Source: Camelus dromedarius (taxonomy: Eukaryota). Taken from it: a stretch of 64,000 bases of DNA. Position numbers and translations under genes: made by a program. The DNA lies in NCBI RefSeq assembly GCF_036321535.1, contig NC_087437.1, forward strand, positions 96,908,001 to 96,972,000, given 5' to 3'. The notes under the pieces are model-generated. The model saw only the letters and a list, made by a program, of their open reading frames with translations, ran no database searches and was not told the DNA's origin. Positions 1 through 12,439 of the stretch are shown here, one piece after another (position 1 is the first letter of the stretch; each line of letters starts with the position of its first letter).

Positions 1-63
1 CCCTAGCACTCAGAATGGTGCCTGGCACAGAGGAGGCGCTCAAAAAATATTTGCTAAATAAAT
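1..63 (+). mobile_element. L2 LINE 3' end fragment
   Basis: gtgcctggcacagaggaggcgctcaaaaaatatttgctaaataaat matches the recalled L2a terminus (cctggcacatagtaggcgctcaataaatatttgttgaatgaat). Confidence 0.8.
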
Positions 64-1647
64 TTGTAGCACTTATTGTTAGTATCACTTTAGTGTTGAG
101 CTTATAAAGTCAAAACTAATCTTATGTTAGCTCACTGTCATTTAATTTTGGGTATGCATATTATATCCTCACCTGGACTGAGGACTAGGAACCAGTGCTA
201 ACTGCAGAGCATCCCCAGAATAAGGCCAGTGCAGCATAAGTAACACAACAAAAATCTTTGGATTGAATAGAAAGAAAAAGTTGGACATTGTATTTTTGTG
301 TTGTAACTGTAGGTAGTGTTATACAGCATATCCTTCAAAGTTTCATTCAAATAAATTATATTTCTAATGATTCAGTTTATAATTTTGAATATAGTTCTAT
401 GCATTTTATCGATATTCTAGGGACAGTATCTTTTAACATTTTCACTTTGGTAGTTTAACCACATAGATATTTTTTGTTAAGGTAATTTAATAATCTGCAA
501 AATCATAATTAAATCTTTTAGGCATTAATTGTCCTAATTTTTTGTGATGAATAATTTTGTAATAAATGTGTTTTTAGTGATCAGAACCTCACTATCACTT
601 ATCTGCCCCATTATTTAGATATTTTTCATATATTCAATTATTTTAAATTAGGCAGCACCTCTTCAGAATACATATAATTGGTGCTCCTTCATTATGTTAT
701 TTTAAAGGTATCAGAGTTTTTTTTAAAACTTCATGAACAGTTTACAAGACTGAAAATACACTACCTGTTTGTTATTAACATTCTTCATTGTGATGTTATT
801 TAAAGAAGATAAACACACACAGAACTCACTCTACTTCTGTAATAAATTATTACTAGGAGTTAAATAAATAGTTAAAACCCAAAAGATGATGAAGAAATTT
901 TCAATTTTTAATTAGTTAATAGATTTCAAAGTAGGTGGCAAATAAAACCCATAAGTAGGTGTTCTTATCAATGAACGTATCTGTAGGGAGTCGTCCATAT
1001 CATGGTCTGTCAATAAATGAAGAGGGCCGAAAATGTTCATTAAGCGGAAAGCAGAAATTCTTAAAAGGATGCTTCTATAGGTTATTTTCAGGGATGAACA
1101 CAATAGGAAATAAAAATACTGAAACTGAGAACTCATTTGTTGCAGGAACCTCATTGCAGCTTCAATTACAAGCAAAAATCTGCAAGTTCAGTTTGATGTA
1201 AGAGATTCCATTCCTGGCATCTTGAAGGGGGAAAAATAATTTAATAAATAGCCACTTGCAAATAACTCAGATGTATCATTCTATCATAAATCTGAATGAT
1301 AACATGTACAACTATTTCACATATACCATACACAAGACTAACATTGTAAATTGCAATAATTAAGATAAATCAGTGTAATTCCTTTGTAACCAGAAGTTTA
1401 AAAGCTTTCTTCCCCAATTTTTAATGTAGAGAGATATAGCATCACTATATTGATTCGAATTTCTCATATTTCATTATAAAAGCTCATCCACAAATCATAA
1501 GCTCAGTAAGCATTCAACTCTAAGTGTACTGGACAGCTGAAAATTTGAGTCTGAAGTGTGATACCGATACAAGAGAGCTAATAATATGTTTTCCCATCAT
1601 ATGCACAAATCACACATTTATTGCCTGAAGTAGGTAGGGCATAATAA

Positions 1648-1885
1648 AATATATACATGTATATATATATTTATATATATAATATAATATATATAATATA
1701 TATATAATATTATATATATATAATATATATATATATATTATATATATGTATAAATATACTAATACATAAAATATATAATGTAGGTACACCAAATTTTATA
1801 TAACGTTTTATATATAAATTTATATATAAAATTTATATATGTACACAATTTACATATAGATGAAAAATTTCGTACATATATATGG
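1648..1885. repeat. Degenerate (TA)n / AT-rich low-complexity tract
   Basis: Directly visible interrupted TA repeats. Confidence 0.95.
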
Positions 1886-3208
1886 CAACCTGGAGAAGTA
1901 AGTCGCTTATCTTTTGGGTACCAGATGCGGTACCTTTAACCATAACTTCCTTTATGGTAGACTAAAGCTCTTCTAATGTAGCACTAAATGCTGTTGGGAA
2001 AACTACTGGTGTGTAGGTGTATTAATTTACTTTATCCTATCTTGTACTTTTAAATGGCAAATGTGCCAAACATTTTAGCTGGCATCTCTGAGAAGCTAAG
2101 GTGCTTTCTTTCAGAAGATGCAGCTACTTTTTAAGTCATGATTTCTAAAATGATTCATTTTTATTAATGTTTTCTGGCAAACTCCTATTCAGTTTTTAAG
2201 GCAAAGCCCAAGGAATCTTCTTTTCAAAAACTTCACTAGGAGTTGGCTAAAGTATACTTCTTTGAAGGATCTCTGTGTTACAGAATGTACCTCATTGTTT
2301 AGAGAACACTTGTTTACTCACCTAGGTATCTTGAATCCTAGGGCAAGAATAAGGACTCATTTCTGTTCCACTTGGTGTTCAAGAGGAAGGTGACAAAAAA
2401 TTTTAATAGGGGGGAAATAGATTAGTGTTTGTTTTTGTGTACCCACATACATGTGCAAACACACACACAAAGTGCACACTTCACGGGCACAAAGAAAATA
2501 AGCAAACCAATACCATGATAGCTGGAATTAAAATTCCGTAAGAAGTAATGATATAGAAGAATTTAACATAGAGATTGAGATAAGGGAAATTATAGACAGT
2601 AAATAATCAAAGGAGAAAGAGAAAAAGGATTTCAAAAGAAACTTCAAAGACTAATTAAAATCACCCAGATACAGAGAAAGCAAACCTTCAAGCAGAACCA
2701 TGTAATGCATTAAGAACACAGATAGCTAGAGGAAGAAGACTAGATGTAATCTTAGTACAAGAGAAACAAGCCTCAATATAAAGAAGGAAATTGATTTCAC
2801 ACCATGGGAGGGGCTAAGGCTCTTTCTTTGCTCTGTAAATGGAAAAGAAATACAGAGAGGAACTTCAATTTAGAACAAAGGTGGCTGTGTTTGGAGATGT
2901 GCAAGACTCAAGTTTGAAGATGTTTGACCTAGAAATGAATTAAGAAAGTATTAGACTCTTGTGTGTGTAACAGCCTACCATTTCTAAAAAAAGTATAAAG
3001 GAGAAAAATGATTTAACCTTCTTACACATTCCAGCATACCAGACGATGTGTCTGTTAGGGCAGACTTTCCACTGTGTCTTAGGAAACAAAGACAGGATTG
3101 CAGAGAACAGAAAATGACCCACTGGCCAAATATTTAGATTCAGTCTGTAAGACTTGAAGGATGCTATTTAGATATAACTGCCAACGGTTTGGAATACACA
3201 TCATGCAT

Positions 3209-3233
3209 ACACACACACACACACACACACACA
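3209..3233. repeat. (AC)n microsatellite
   Basis: About 12 perfect AC units. Confidence 0.97.
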
Positions 3234-3351
3234 TAGGCAAGTAGAATTAAGAAATTTCATGAGCAAGAAATACTAGAGATTTACATAATAATGCTTTTCT
3301 GATCATACTATAATAAGAGCTAAAATTAATATCTCAAAAGCTCTAAAACTG

Positions 3352-3355
<4 letters not shown>

Positions 3356-3408
<53 letters not shown>
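3356..3408. repeat. (TA)n microsatellite
   Basis: About 26 perfect TA units. Confidence 0.98.
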
Positions 3409-3411
<3 letters not shown>

Positions 3412-3739
3412 TAAAAAGAAATCAAAGTAAAAAGCAGTGGTTGGTAGAAGAGATGCTTATTTCTCTTTTCAAGATGTCTTAGTGGCAGGATATATTTAAA
3501 ATGATATAAAGAAAGCACTCAAGGGAAGAAGTAAAACCAGAGGCTTTAAAGAGAAAAGCAGATATTCCCAGCTGCAGAAATATTCAGTGGAACATGTAGT
3601 TGGAAAAAAATAATCAAAGGTGAAGTGGAGCAGAAACAGCAAAAATGAAAGTGCAAAGAAAGACATTTATATTGACAGAGTTGAGAGAAGAAAAGAAGTC
3701 AGCTAAAAATAAAGATTCTACCCACAGAAATTCTAAAGT

Positions 3740-3890
3740 TTATTTACTCATTCAACAATGATTTATTATGAGCGTACTGTGTGTCAAATACTGTAATATG
3801 GAGCTTTGAAAATGAATAGACCACAGTTCTAGCTCTCAAAATGTTCACAATATTTTGGGAATATCCCACACAAGACTGTAAATACAATGC
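3740..3890 (-). mobile_element. L2 3' end fragment
   Basis: tttactcattcaacaatgatttattatgagcgtactgtgtgtcaaatactg is the reverse complement of the L2 terminus. Confidence 0.75.
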
Positions 3891-4089
3891 AATATTTATC
3901 ATCATTGATCTTCATTGGAGAGAATCAGGTCTTATAATCACTCTTTGAATGATTTTCTCCTGTAGTACTTTGCTAGTGAGCACATGTAAAGAATTCATAT
4001 TGATGCTTTGTAGTCTGTGTATTAAAAAATAGCATATGCTCTGATAGGCTAACAAGGTTTAATCCTGGCAGAGTTAAATGAATTCATAT

Positions 4090-4330
4090 TAAAGCATAGG
4101 CTCATAGTAAGTACTCAGAAAATGTTGGCTATTATTATGTTTTTTAATTCTCAGAACAATCATATAAGGTAGGTACTATTATTATCCGCTTTCTGAAGAA
4201 AGGGAAGAAAAGATGAAGAGAGATTAAGAAATTTAATGTGATTCAGCAAAGCTAATAATTGGCAGAACCAGGACTCAAATTCAAGGGCTGTCTGCCCTCA
4301 AAACCTGACCTTTAACTTCATACTATAGTT
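4090..4330. mobile_element. MIR SINE fragments (short + tail followed by a - copy)
   Basis: catagtaagtactcagaaaatgttggctattatt (MIR tail), then aacaatcatataaggtaggtactattattatcc...ggcagaaccaggactcaaattc (MIR core, minus). Confidence 0.75.
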
Positions 4331-4489
4331 GTCTTTCAATGTAGTCTACACAAAGAAGTTTGACCGCAAGGAAAAAAGTCAAGTCCTCAGTAAATATTAG
4401 CTGCTGCTACTATTAATGTAAAAATCCTGTCAAGTTGTTGATGACATCATTTCCCAGTTTGTGTATCTACCATTGTTAGACAGCAGCCT

Positions 4490-4865
4490 GCTATAACACC
4501 CTGGCCTTCTTTCTGTGCCACGAACACGCCATGTTCAATCCTGCCTAAAGGCCTTTGCACCTGAAGTTCCTGCTTCCAAGAATGCTTCTTTTCCATGCTG
4601 ATCTTCATATGGGTGAATCTCTCCTGAGATTTAGGTCTAAGTACAAATTGTCTCCTTTGAGAAGCTTCCCCTGAGCAACCTCCCTAGTGCCACACGAGCC
4701 CACCTCCCATGCAGCCCCTTCACATTAGCCACACGACTCTTAGACTCATCCCTCTCTCATTGGTTTATTTTTAATGTCTCCCTAGAGAATGTGACCACCC
4801 TCTTGTTCACCTCTGAATTCACACAAGATAGGAGCTTAGTAAGTATTTGCTGAGTAAATAAAGTG
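4490..4865 (+). mobile_element. L2a 3' region
   Basis: ctggccttctttctgtgccacgaacacgcc...ggcctttgcacctgaagttcc...aagtatttgctgagtaaataa is typical L2a 3' sequence. Confidence 0.8.
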
Positions 4866-5332
4866 ACTAGGACATTTCCTTATGCCTAGAATGTGCCCCA
4901 TAAATGTTAGTTCATCACTCTGCTTGTCTACCCATATAAGAATGAATAGAAAAATCCGTTACTTCAAGTGAAGACATAATTTTTCTACAGCTTCATATCT
5001 TAGCCCCCTTAAATATATCATTTGTCAATATTGAGGACAATACTCTTATACGCCTTAGCTACAATGACTTCACCCTCTCTATCTGATCACCATAGTCCTT
5101 CTAGTCATTAACTTTTTCTGAAACTTGTGAAAAACACTTACAAATTTGTTTTAGATTTCCAGGTTAGAGACAAACCTATTAAAATTACAAAATATGATAC
5201 TGTACAAACATGTACTTAATAGCTGGAGACACACAAAAGATTCCTAAGTAAACCTAGAATACTAAGCAAAACTCCTACAATAATTTAAGAAAAGTAGAGA
5301 ACGATAGGGTTTTTTTTTATTTGTTTTGTGTA

Positions 5333-5401
5333 TGTTCTCCTCCTTCTCTCCCTCCCTCCATCTCTCCATCTTTCCTTTTATCCTTCTTCTTCTTTTTGTT
5401 T
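5333..5401. repeat. Polypyrimidine (CT-rich) low-complexity tract
   Basis: About 65 nt almost purely C/T. Confidence 0.9.
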
Positions 5402-6177
5402 AGGTAGGAAAAAAAAGGAAGAAGGGATATTTTACTACCTGGGGGAAGCTCCTTTGTTCCAGGAAGTGTGCTCAGCTTAATCAGATAAAAGCTAGTGGCC
5501 TTTTCTGAATTCCTTCAAAATAAGCAGAGAAGTGAATTACCCAACTATTACCACAGAATCTCTTTTATCAAATAGGTGACAAATTACACAAATATGACTA
5601 ATATTTATTATTGCATTAGTTGTATCTTTCAAAGTCTTATAAAATTGTCTTTAGTAGAATACGCTATGCTCTTAATTATGTTCCATCTATGAAATGAAAT
5701 TTTTAAAAATCTCTAAATTTAAGTATTTATCCATGATATTGAAGTTTATTCTCTGTAGACAATAAAGAAAACAGTTATCCAGATAACTTTACATAAATCA
5801 TAGACTTCCAAGTTCTCTGCTGGTCTCAGATATCATTTGTCCTTGTCCTTCCTTCACCCATGCGGCATATAGCTAAATATTTACTAGGCTAAAGTAAATA
5901 GTGTCCAAATCACTATTAAGGGCATTTGCTTTATCATCAGCACTCATCATCCCCCAAAGCAATTTTCTAGGTCAAAAGAAACAATTCTGAAGGCAGTATC
6001 TTATAGCGGTTTTAATCTCTCCCCGCCACCCCTGCCCCATGAGCCTCAGTATGCTAGAAGTTCAGGTATTAAGAATGGTAGATTTGTAAGTAGATTTGCA
6101 AGACAGTTAAGGTAGCGTATACTTAATATAATCATTTCCTACAATATATTTGAATTGGACTATTGGAAAAATGCTTA

Positions 6178-6290
6178 CAAATAATCCTGTGAAATAGTTG
6201 TTTTTTCTATTTTACAAATAAGGATATTGTGTCTTATAAAAATGATTCACTTTACCAAAAATAATTAGTTAGCCAGAATAGGAATCCTAG
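6178..6290 (-). mobile_element. MIR fragment
   Basis: aataatcctgtgaaatag...attttacaaataagga MIR core motif. Confidence 0.6.
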
Positions 6291-6999
6291 TGAAAATACT
6301 CTCACTAGAACGTCTAGTAAGTTAGCATAAGGACATTAGTTTTATTTTAAATAGACTGGCACAAGAATTGCTGCAAGAGAGTTGTCTGGATATATTTTAT
6401 ACTACTACATGTATTTGATAAAGATGTAATAAATTTTAATGAAACCCATTTGCTGTAGGGTCAAAAAATGGCTTAAAACACAATCATAACATGATAATAT
6501 AGAAATTAATAATATAGATTGTTCAGATATGGAAAACCATTTTATTGATGATAACCCATCTACAGCTTTATCCCAAATTTCAAAGTACTTGACACATTAC
6601 CTTCAGATATAACATATTTATAGAAATTTTCCTTGAAGTTAGGAACCCTATAAAAGTTCAATAGCCTTTATTCCTGGTTACACAACTAACTGAAGAGCTA
6701 ATATTACCAAGGTGCAAAATTCAGGTGTTTCTAAACTTAACAGAAATTTTAAGCTTAAAAATATGACTTTAACGTCTACTCTGACTAATTTGTTTAGAGT
6801 CAAATCTATTAATGTTATATTTGTAGGTGAAAGTTTCTAGAATTTAAAGTAAAATATTTTCCCACAAAAATTCTGCAATTTTTCAATATTTTCTATTTGC
6901 CTGAATTGTAAGAGAACAGATTGGCAAAGGGTAAAAGTTGACTGCTAAAAGGCCAATTCAAATTTTATATATATATATATAATTTTAATTAATAAATAT

Positions 7000-7090
7000 C
7001 TCACAGCAGCATAGTTAAGAGACAGGAAGCAATACAGATATCCACCAACAGAAAAGAACTGAGTAAGTAAAATATAACATATTCATACAT
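7000..7090 (+). mobile_element. Old L1 (L1ME/L1MC-like) fragment from the ORF2 end / 3' UTR start
   Basis: cacagcagcatag...gatatccaccaacagaaaagaactgagtaagtaaaatataacatattcatac resembles a diverged L1 ORF2 end. Confidence 0.6.
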
Positions 7091-8120
7091 TGGAGATAAG
7101 ACAATCTCTTTAACAAGTGGTGCTTGGAAAATTGGACAGCCACACTTAACAATAAGATTAGAACATTTCCTCACACTATACACAAAAGTAAACTTAAAAT
7201 GGGATAAAGACCTAAATGTAAGACCTGAAAATACACAACTCTTAGGAGAGAACATAGGCAGAACACTCTTTGATATAAATCTCAGCAATAATTTTTTTTT
7301 GGATCAGTCTCCTAAAGCAAAAGAAGTAAAAGCAAAAATAAACAAATAGGATCTAATTAAACTTAAAAGCTTTTGCACAGCAAAGGAAACCACTGACAAA
7401 ATGAAAAGACAACCTATAGAATGGGAGAAAATATTTACAAATGATATGACTGAAGAGAGCATAATATCCAAAATAAACAAACAGCTCATATCATTCAATT
7501 TCAAAAAAGAAAATCCAATCCAAAAATAGGCAGAAAACTTGAATAATAGGTATTTTTTCCAAAGAAGATATGCAGACGGCTAACAGGCATATGAAAAGAA
7601 GCTCAACATCACTAATTAGCAGAGAAATGCAAATCAAAACAACAATGAAGTATCACCTCACACCTGTCAGAATTGCTATCATCAAAATTCTATAAATAAT
7701 GAATATTAGGGAGGATGTAGAGAAAAGGAAACCCATGTACATTGTTGTTGGGAATATAAATTGGAGAAGCCACTATGGACAACAGTAGGAAGGTCCCTTA
7801 AAAAACTAAAATTAGAACTAACAGATGATCCAGCAATTTCATTCCTGGGTATGTATCTGGAAAAAGCAAAAACACTAATTTGAAAAGATAACATGCACCT
7901 TAATGTTCAGAGCAGTGCAATTTATAATAACGAAGACACAGAAGCAATCCAAGTGCCCATCAACAGATGAATGGATAAGGAAGTTATGGCATATATATAT
8001 ATAATGGAATACCACTAAGCCATAAAACAGAATGAAATAATGCCTTTTGCAGCAATGTGGTTGGACCTAGAAAATATTATCTTCAGTGAGATAAGTCAGA
8101 CAGAGAAAGCTAAATACTAT
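7091..8120 (+). mobile_element. L1 ORF2 3' part and start of 3' UTR (intermediate age, no poly-A tail)
   Basis: Clear L1 ORF2 nucleotide motifs (aaagacctaaatgtaagacctgaaa; agagaaatgcaaatcaaaac; gtgcccatcaacagatgaatggataag), homologous to 59260-60280; reading frame disrupted. Confidence 0.95.
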
Positions 8121-8335
8121 AATGGGATGAAAAACTAACCTATAGTTTAGAAGTCATGATAGTGTGAGCCTGTGGGGGTATGCAGTGACTGAAGGGGCCA
8201 TGATTAGCTTCAGGGATACAGGTGATATTCTGTTTCTTGATCTGCTAATTATACAGGTGTGTTCATTTTATAAAAATTTATCAAACTATACAGTTATGAC
8301 TTGTGCACACTTCTCTGTAGTTTAATAAAAAAGTT
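8121..8335 (+). mobile_element. Old L1ME-type 3' UTR
   Basis: aaaactaacctatagtttagaagtcatgatagtg...gatattctgtttcttgatctg...tgacttgtgcacacttctctgtag...aataaaaaag is typical of L1ME3/4 3' UTR. Confidence 0.75.
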
Positions 8336-8399
8336 TTCTTTTTAAACCTTCACCCTGTTTAAACATCATTACAAGATTTTAAGGTCGTTCAAGTTACTA

Positions 8400-8740
8400 G
8401 AGCCCAAAAGGAGACCTAATCCAGGGAGAGGTGGAACCAGGAGAGAGGAGCATCGTGGAAGATAATAACAAGGATACTTTGAAGAAGGAAGATAAGAATA
8501 GATGGACAATGATATCAAACTCTGTGAAGAGATCAGGTAAGGGAAGATTGGAAAACCAAAATATTACATTATTGCAACCTCACTGACAGAGTTTGTACAT
8601 TATGTTTTCCTTGGGCTGTTTCTGTGAATCCTTAAAAGAGAAAGGTAGATTAGAGAGAAGAGATGAAGAAATGGAGGCAAGATTTGGTGGTAAACATAAC
8701 ATAAAGGACAGCGATCTGGTGGAAGTCTGAGGAATTGGTA
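8400..8740 (-). mobile_element. L2 internal fragment
   Basis: gagcatcgtggaagata...ggacaatgatatcaaactctgtgaagagatcaggtaagggaag resembles antisense L2 ORF2. Confidence 0.55.
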
Positions 8741-8794
8741 GAGTGGAGGTGTTGTTGAGTATTGTCTTGATTTTACTTCTACAGAATATTTACT

Positions 8795-9050
8795 GTTATT
8801 GACAGCTACTGTTTTTGACTTCCTGGAACAATTTCATTTGGGAGCAGTTCCTTCCACACTCCCTTAATTATTGTAAGAATTTTATCAAGATATTCTCAAC
8901 TATTTTCTTTCTCTTCTCCTCCAGACTCCATATTCAAAGGGTGACCGTTTGACCCAAGCTAATACCATTTAGGTTCTCCCTGTTGGAACTGCGGATCTCG
9001 GGACTGGGTCTTCCCTATTTCCATACATAGATCATGAGATGAAATGATAA
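8795..9050. mobile_element. Old ERVL LTR fragment (LTR16/LTR33-like)
   Basis: cagctactgtttttgacttcctgg...tttgggagcagttccttccacact...gtgaccgtttgacccaagct resembles recalled LTR16/33 group. Confidence 0.35.
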
Positions 9051-9848
9051 AGAGGCTGGGAGGATAGGCAACAAAATATTAATAATGGCTGTTGTGAGTT
9101 AATATTTCTAGAGACTGTATTTTTAATTACCTTGTATGTGCTACTTATAATTTTAAAATTAAAAAAGTAAAAAATCATAGTAAATATGATGAATATATGC
9201 TAATAGGAATGTAAATTTTTACCTATGGGCATATTTTGGACAGAACTTGACAAACATCAGAAATTTGATAGGTAGGAAGATGGAATTATGTTTTTCTCTA
9301 TTTTTATATTTACTTCATATAATGTTAAATATATTTAACATTTTTGTAATTTTGATGTGAAAATTAAAATATTAAAAATAATTTAAATAGAGAAATATAA
9401 ATTCTCAAATATTTATATCTCCTCTTAACATTTTAAAAGACTTTATGACACATGAGAGCTGTGCATTTATATTACTTTTATTATTGAGCCTTATTTTAGA
9501 AACTAGCTTTAATTCATCTATTCAACTCCTACAACTTTCGTTTGAATATTTTGTTTGAAAAAAATTATTTTTTACCAGATACTTTTTTTTTCTTTTTAGG
9601 TGAGCAATACAGTTTCCTGGTACCAAACATTTTAATTATATTTTAAACATAAAGTTACATGATAGCTTCCATCTAGGAGAGAAATTTTCAAATTTTAATG
9701 TAATATTTGCCTAAAAATATTTTTCATTACTAAAAAGGCAAAATTACTTCTAACAATAAATAAAGAGAATCTCAGGATGTAATAATAGAGGTTATAATGA
9801 AAAATAAATTATAACGATCCATATTTACATTTAGGTAACAGGTTGTAG

Positions 9849-10332
9849 TGGATTAGTTATTTACTGCTAAAAAACAAATTATCCCACACTCAGTGGCTTA
9901 AAACAAACATTCCACATAGTTTCTGAAGGTGATGAATCTGGAAGTAGCTTAGTTGGGTGGTTCTGGCTAAAAGTCTCTCATGAGACTGTAGATCATGGCT
10001 ACACCCTGTAAATGTCTGATTGGCTCATTCATGTGGCTATTATCAGGAGGCTTCAGTTGTCACCATGGGAGTCTGTCCCTCTCCATAGGTTTTCTTATGG
10101 GATAGCAGCTGGCTACTTTGAGAGCAATGGAGAGAGAGAGAGAGAGAGAGATGAAAGCAGCAATGTCTCTTAAAACTTAATTACAGAAGCAAAATCTGAT
10201 AACTTCTGCCATATTCTAAAGGTCACACAGACAACCTTTGGTACAATGTGGGAGAGGATTACGCAAGAGTGTGAAGTGGGAATATCTTGGGGCAGGGATA
10301 ACTGGGGGCCATCTTGGAGGCTAGCTACCATA
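9849..10332 (-). mobile_element. MaLR solo LTR, MLT1F-like
   Basis: Ends in gggggccatcttggaggctagctaccata and contains cttctgccatattcta...ggtacaatgtgggagagga (reverse complement of the MLT1F 5' end); internal (GA)n at about 10129-10150. Confidence 0.9.
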
Positions 10333-10559
10333 TGCAATATCAAGATATTTTACTTGTCCATTTATTTATTTGTTTTACTTTCATCAAACATTTCCATGTT
10401 CTCCTCTACTTGCACTTATTCATTTGTGTAATCCACATCTCACATCATTTAAACTACTCTGTAATATACATTTCTGGGAAGTTTTTTTCATCACATTGTG
10501 GAAAGGTAGCTTTTGCCCTTTACTCAGCAAATAATAATAATAATTGATTGAGATTATGA

Positions 10560-10775
10560 TAACTAACAGAACTTATCATTTGACGAGCCTTTTCTGTGCC
10601 TTTTACAGGTTTTATCTCAAGTAATTCTACAATAATTCTTAGGTATGAGCTAACCCATTCCCATTTAACTAAAAAGGTACTACAGAAACATGACTTATCC
10701 AAGGTTACTCAAGTAGTAACTGGTAGGAATGAAAAGAACCCAGAACTACTTGTCATGAGAACACATACTTTTAAT
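10560..10775 (-). mobile_element. MIR
   Basis: cccattcccattt...tgacttatccaaggttactcaagtagtaactggtagg...gaacccag. Confidence 0.7.
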
Positions 10776-12439
10776 GAATATTTTAACCTATTACTTAAAG
10801 CTATAGTTAAGACATAGCTTGAATTCAGTAATAAACTTTTAGTTTTTCTTTTATTATCTTAGTATCTACTTACTATGTTATCATTTTTTAATATAGTGAT
10901 ATATTTAATTTGGGAATATATATATAGTGTTTTCAGCTTAAAAATATAATACATGTAATAGTTTTAGCTTGAAAGGCTTAGTTGTACTTATGTTACAGCC
11001 TTATGAACAAAGGATAGTTTATAAAACAGGATATATGTAAATTTGATTTAATTTGAATTTGACATATATTTTAAATGAGTGCATTTACTCATCTGTTCTT
11101 ATGTAGAATATTACCATTCACTCAATTTACTCCTTATTGTATCTTCCTCACCTTTAACAAAATAATATTATGAAAAATGTTTCTACAGTACACTTTTATT
11201 ATTTAACTTTTGTCCATGTCACTAATTCCAGTTCACAGTGTAAAAAGTTCATAATAAACCATATCTTATCATGCAAGTACAGATATATTTTAGAATGGTA
11301 AATGAACACCACCTTTCACTTCTGCTAGTTAACTAAAAAGAGTCTGTGACTGTATCTGTATGTATATCCAAAGATCACCATGATTTCTACTTAGAAACCC
11401 ACCATCAATGATGAGATTTTAGCTTCCCTATAGGAGATAACCAGATTGGCTAGAGAAGAGATTGAATAAGGAGCTCTTTCTAAATACACAATGTATACAA
11501 CAAGCCAGTTTACCTGGGCCCCAGCTCTCTTAACTCATGTTCCGGTCAAGGACGATGCAAACAAGTACACTGAGAGCAAAGGGATTCAGAGTAGGAACAA
11601 AGAAGCGAGGAGGAATTTGTTGAGAATTGATTTTTTTCACTGCTTTGGCAGGTATTTCATTCAAATATTAGAAATAAATATATTAGTACCACTAGAAAGG
11701 CAATGTCATAGTGGCAGTGTTTGGGACTGAAACTGTACATTATTAAGACTTCTAAAAATGTATGCTGCAACTCCCCCATCAATTTCTTTGGCAAATTCCT
11801 GTCTTAAAGCTCATGATTTCCTATATGACCTGGAAATCCTACTTACCAAGAACAGCCACAGGACACTGATGAGGTTCAGGAGAAACTATGTCTTAAAGAG
11901 CCATCTTCATATTTGATAGAACAAGCTGTATTAATCTTCAGAATGGGTACGTATTTTGATTCAACAGTTTGAGGCTCATTCAGAATTCCAGTTGAATGTG
12001 TACACCAATAATTAAAAAAAAAAACAAACCCAACATAGTTTATAGCCAGTTGTTAAAATAAAGCTTTAATCTTAGTTTTAATGTTTTTATAATCATAGAA
12101 AATATAGAAATATCAATAGCTTATATGTGACTAAATTAGATTTTACTGTTTAGACTGTCCTAAATTATCTTTTGAATTTGTGTAGGCAGGAGAATTGGAT
12201 AACATGGGGAGCTATGGTAGAATCAAAAGGTTCTCCATGGACTTGCTTTTTTTGTGTGTGTGGGCCCTTGACTTAATACGTGACATTCCTTTTTCTTGAC
12301 ATTCTATTTCTTAAATCACATTTACGAGCCTCTAAATTGGATGGAAAAATCAAGTTTCATTTTGTGTTATGCTCTTTGTCCTTTTTCACTTATAAACTCT
12401 ACATTGATTTTAGTAAGGCACTCACCACAGCTTATGAAC

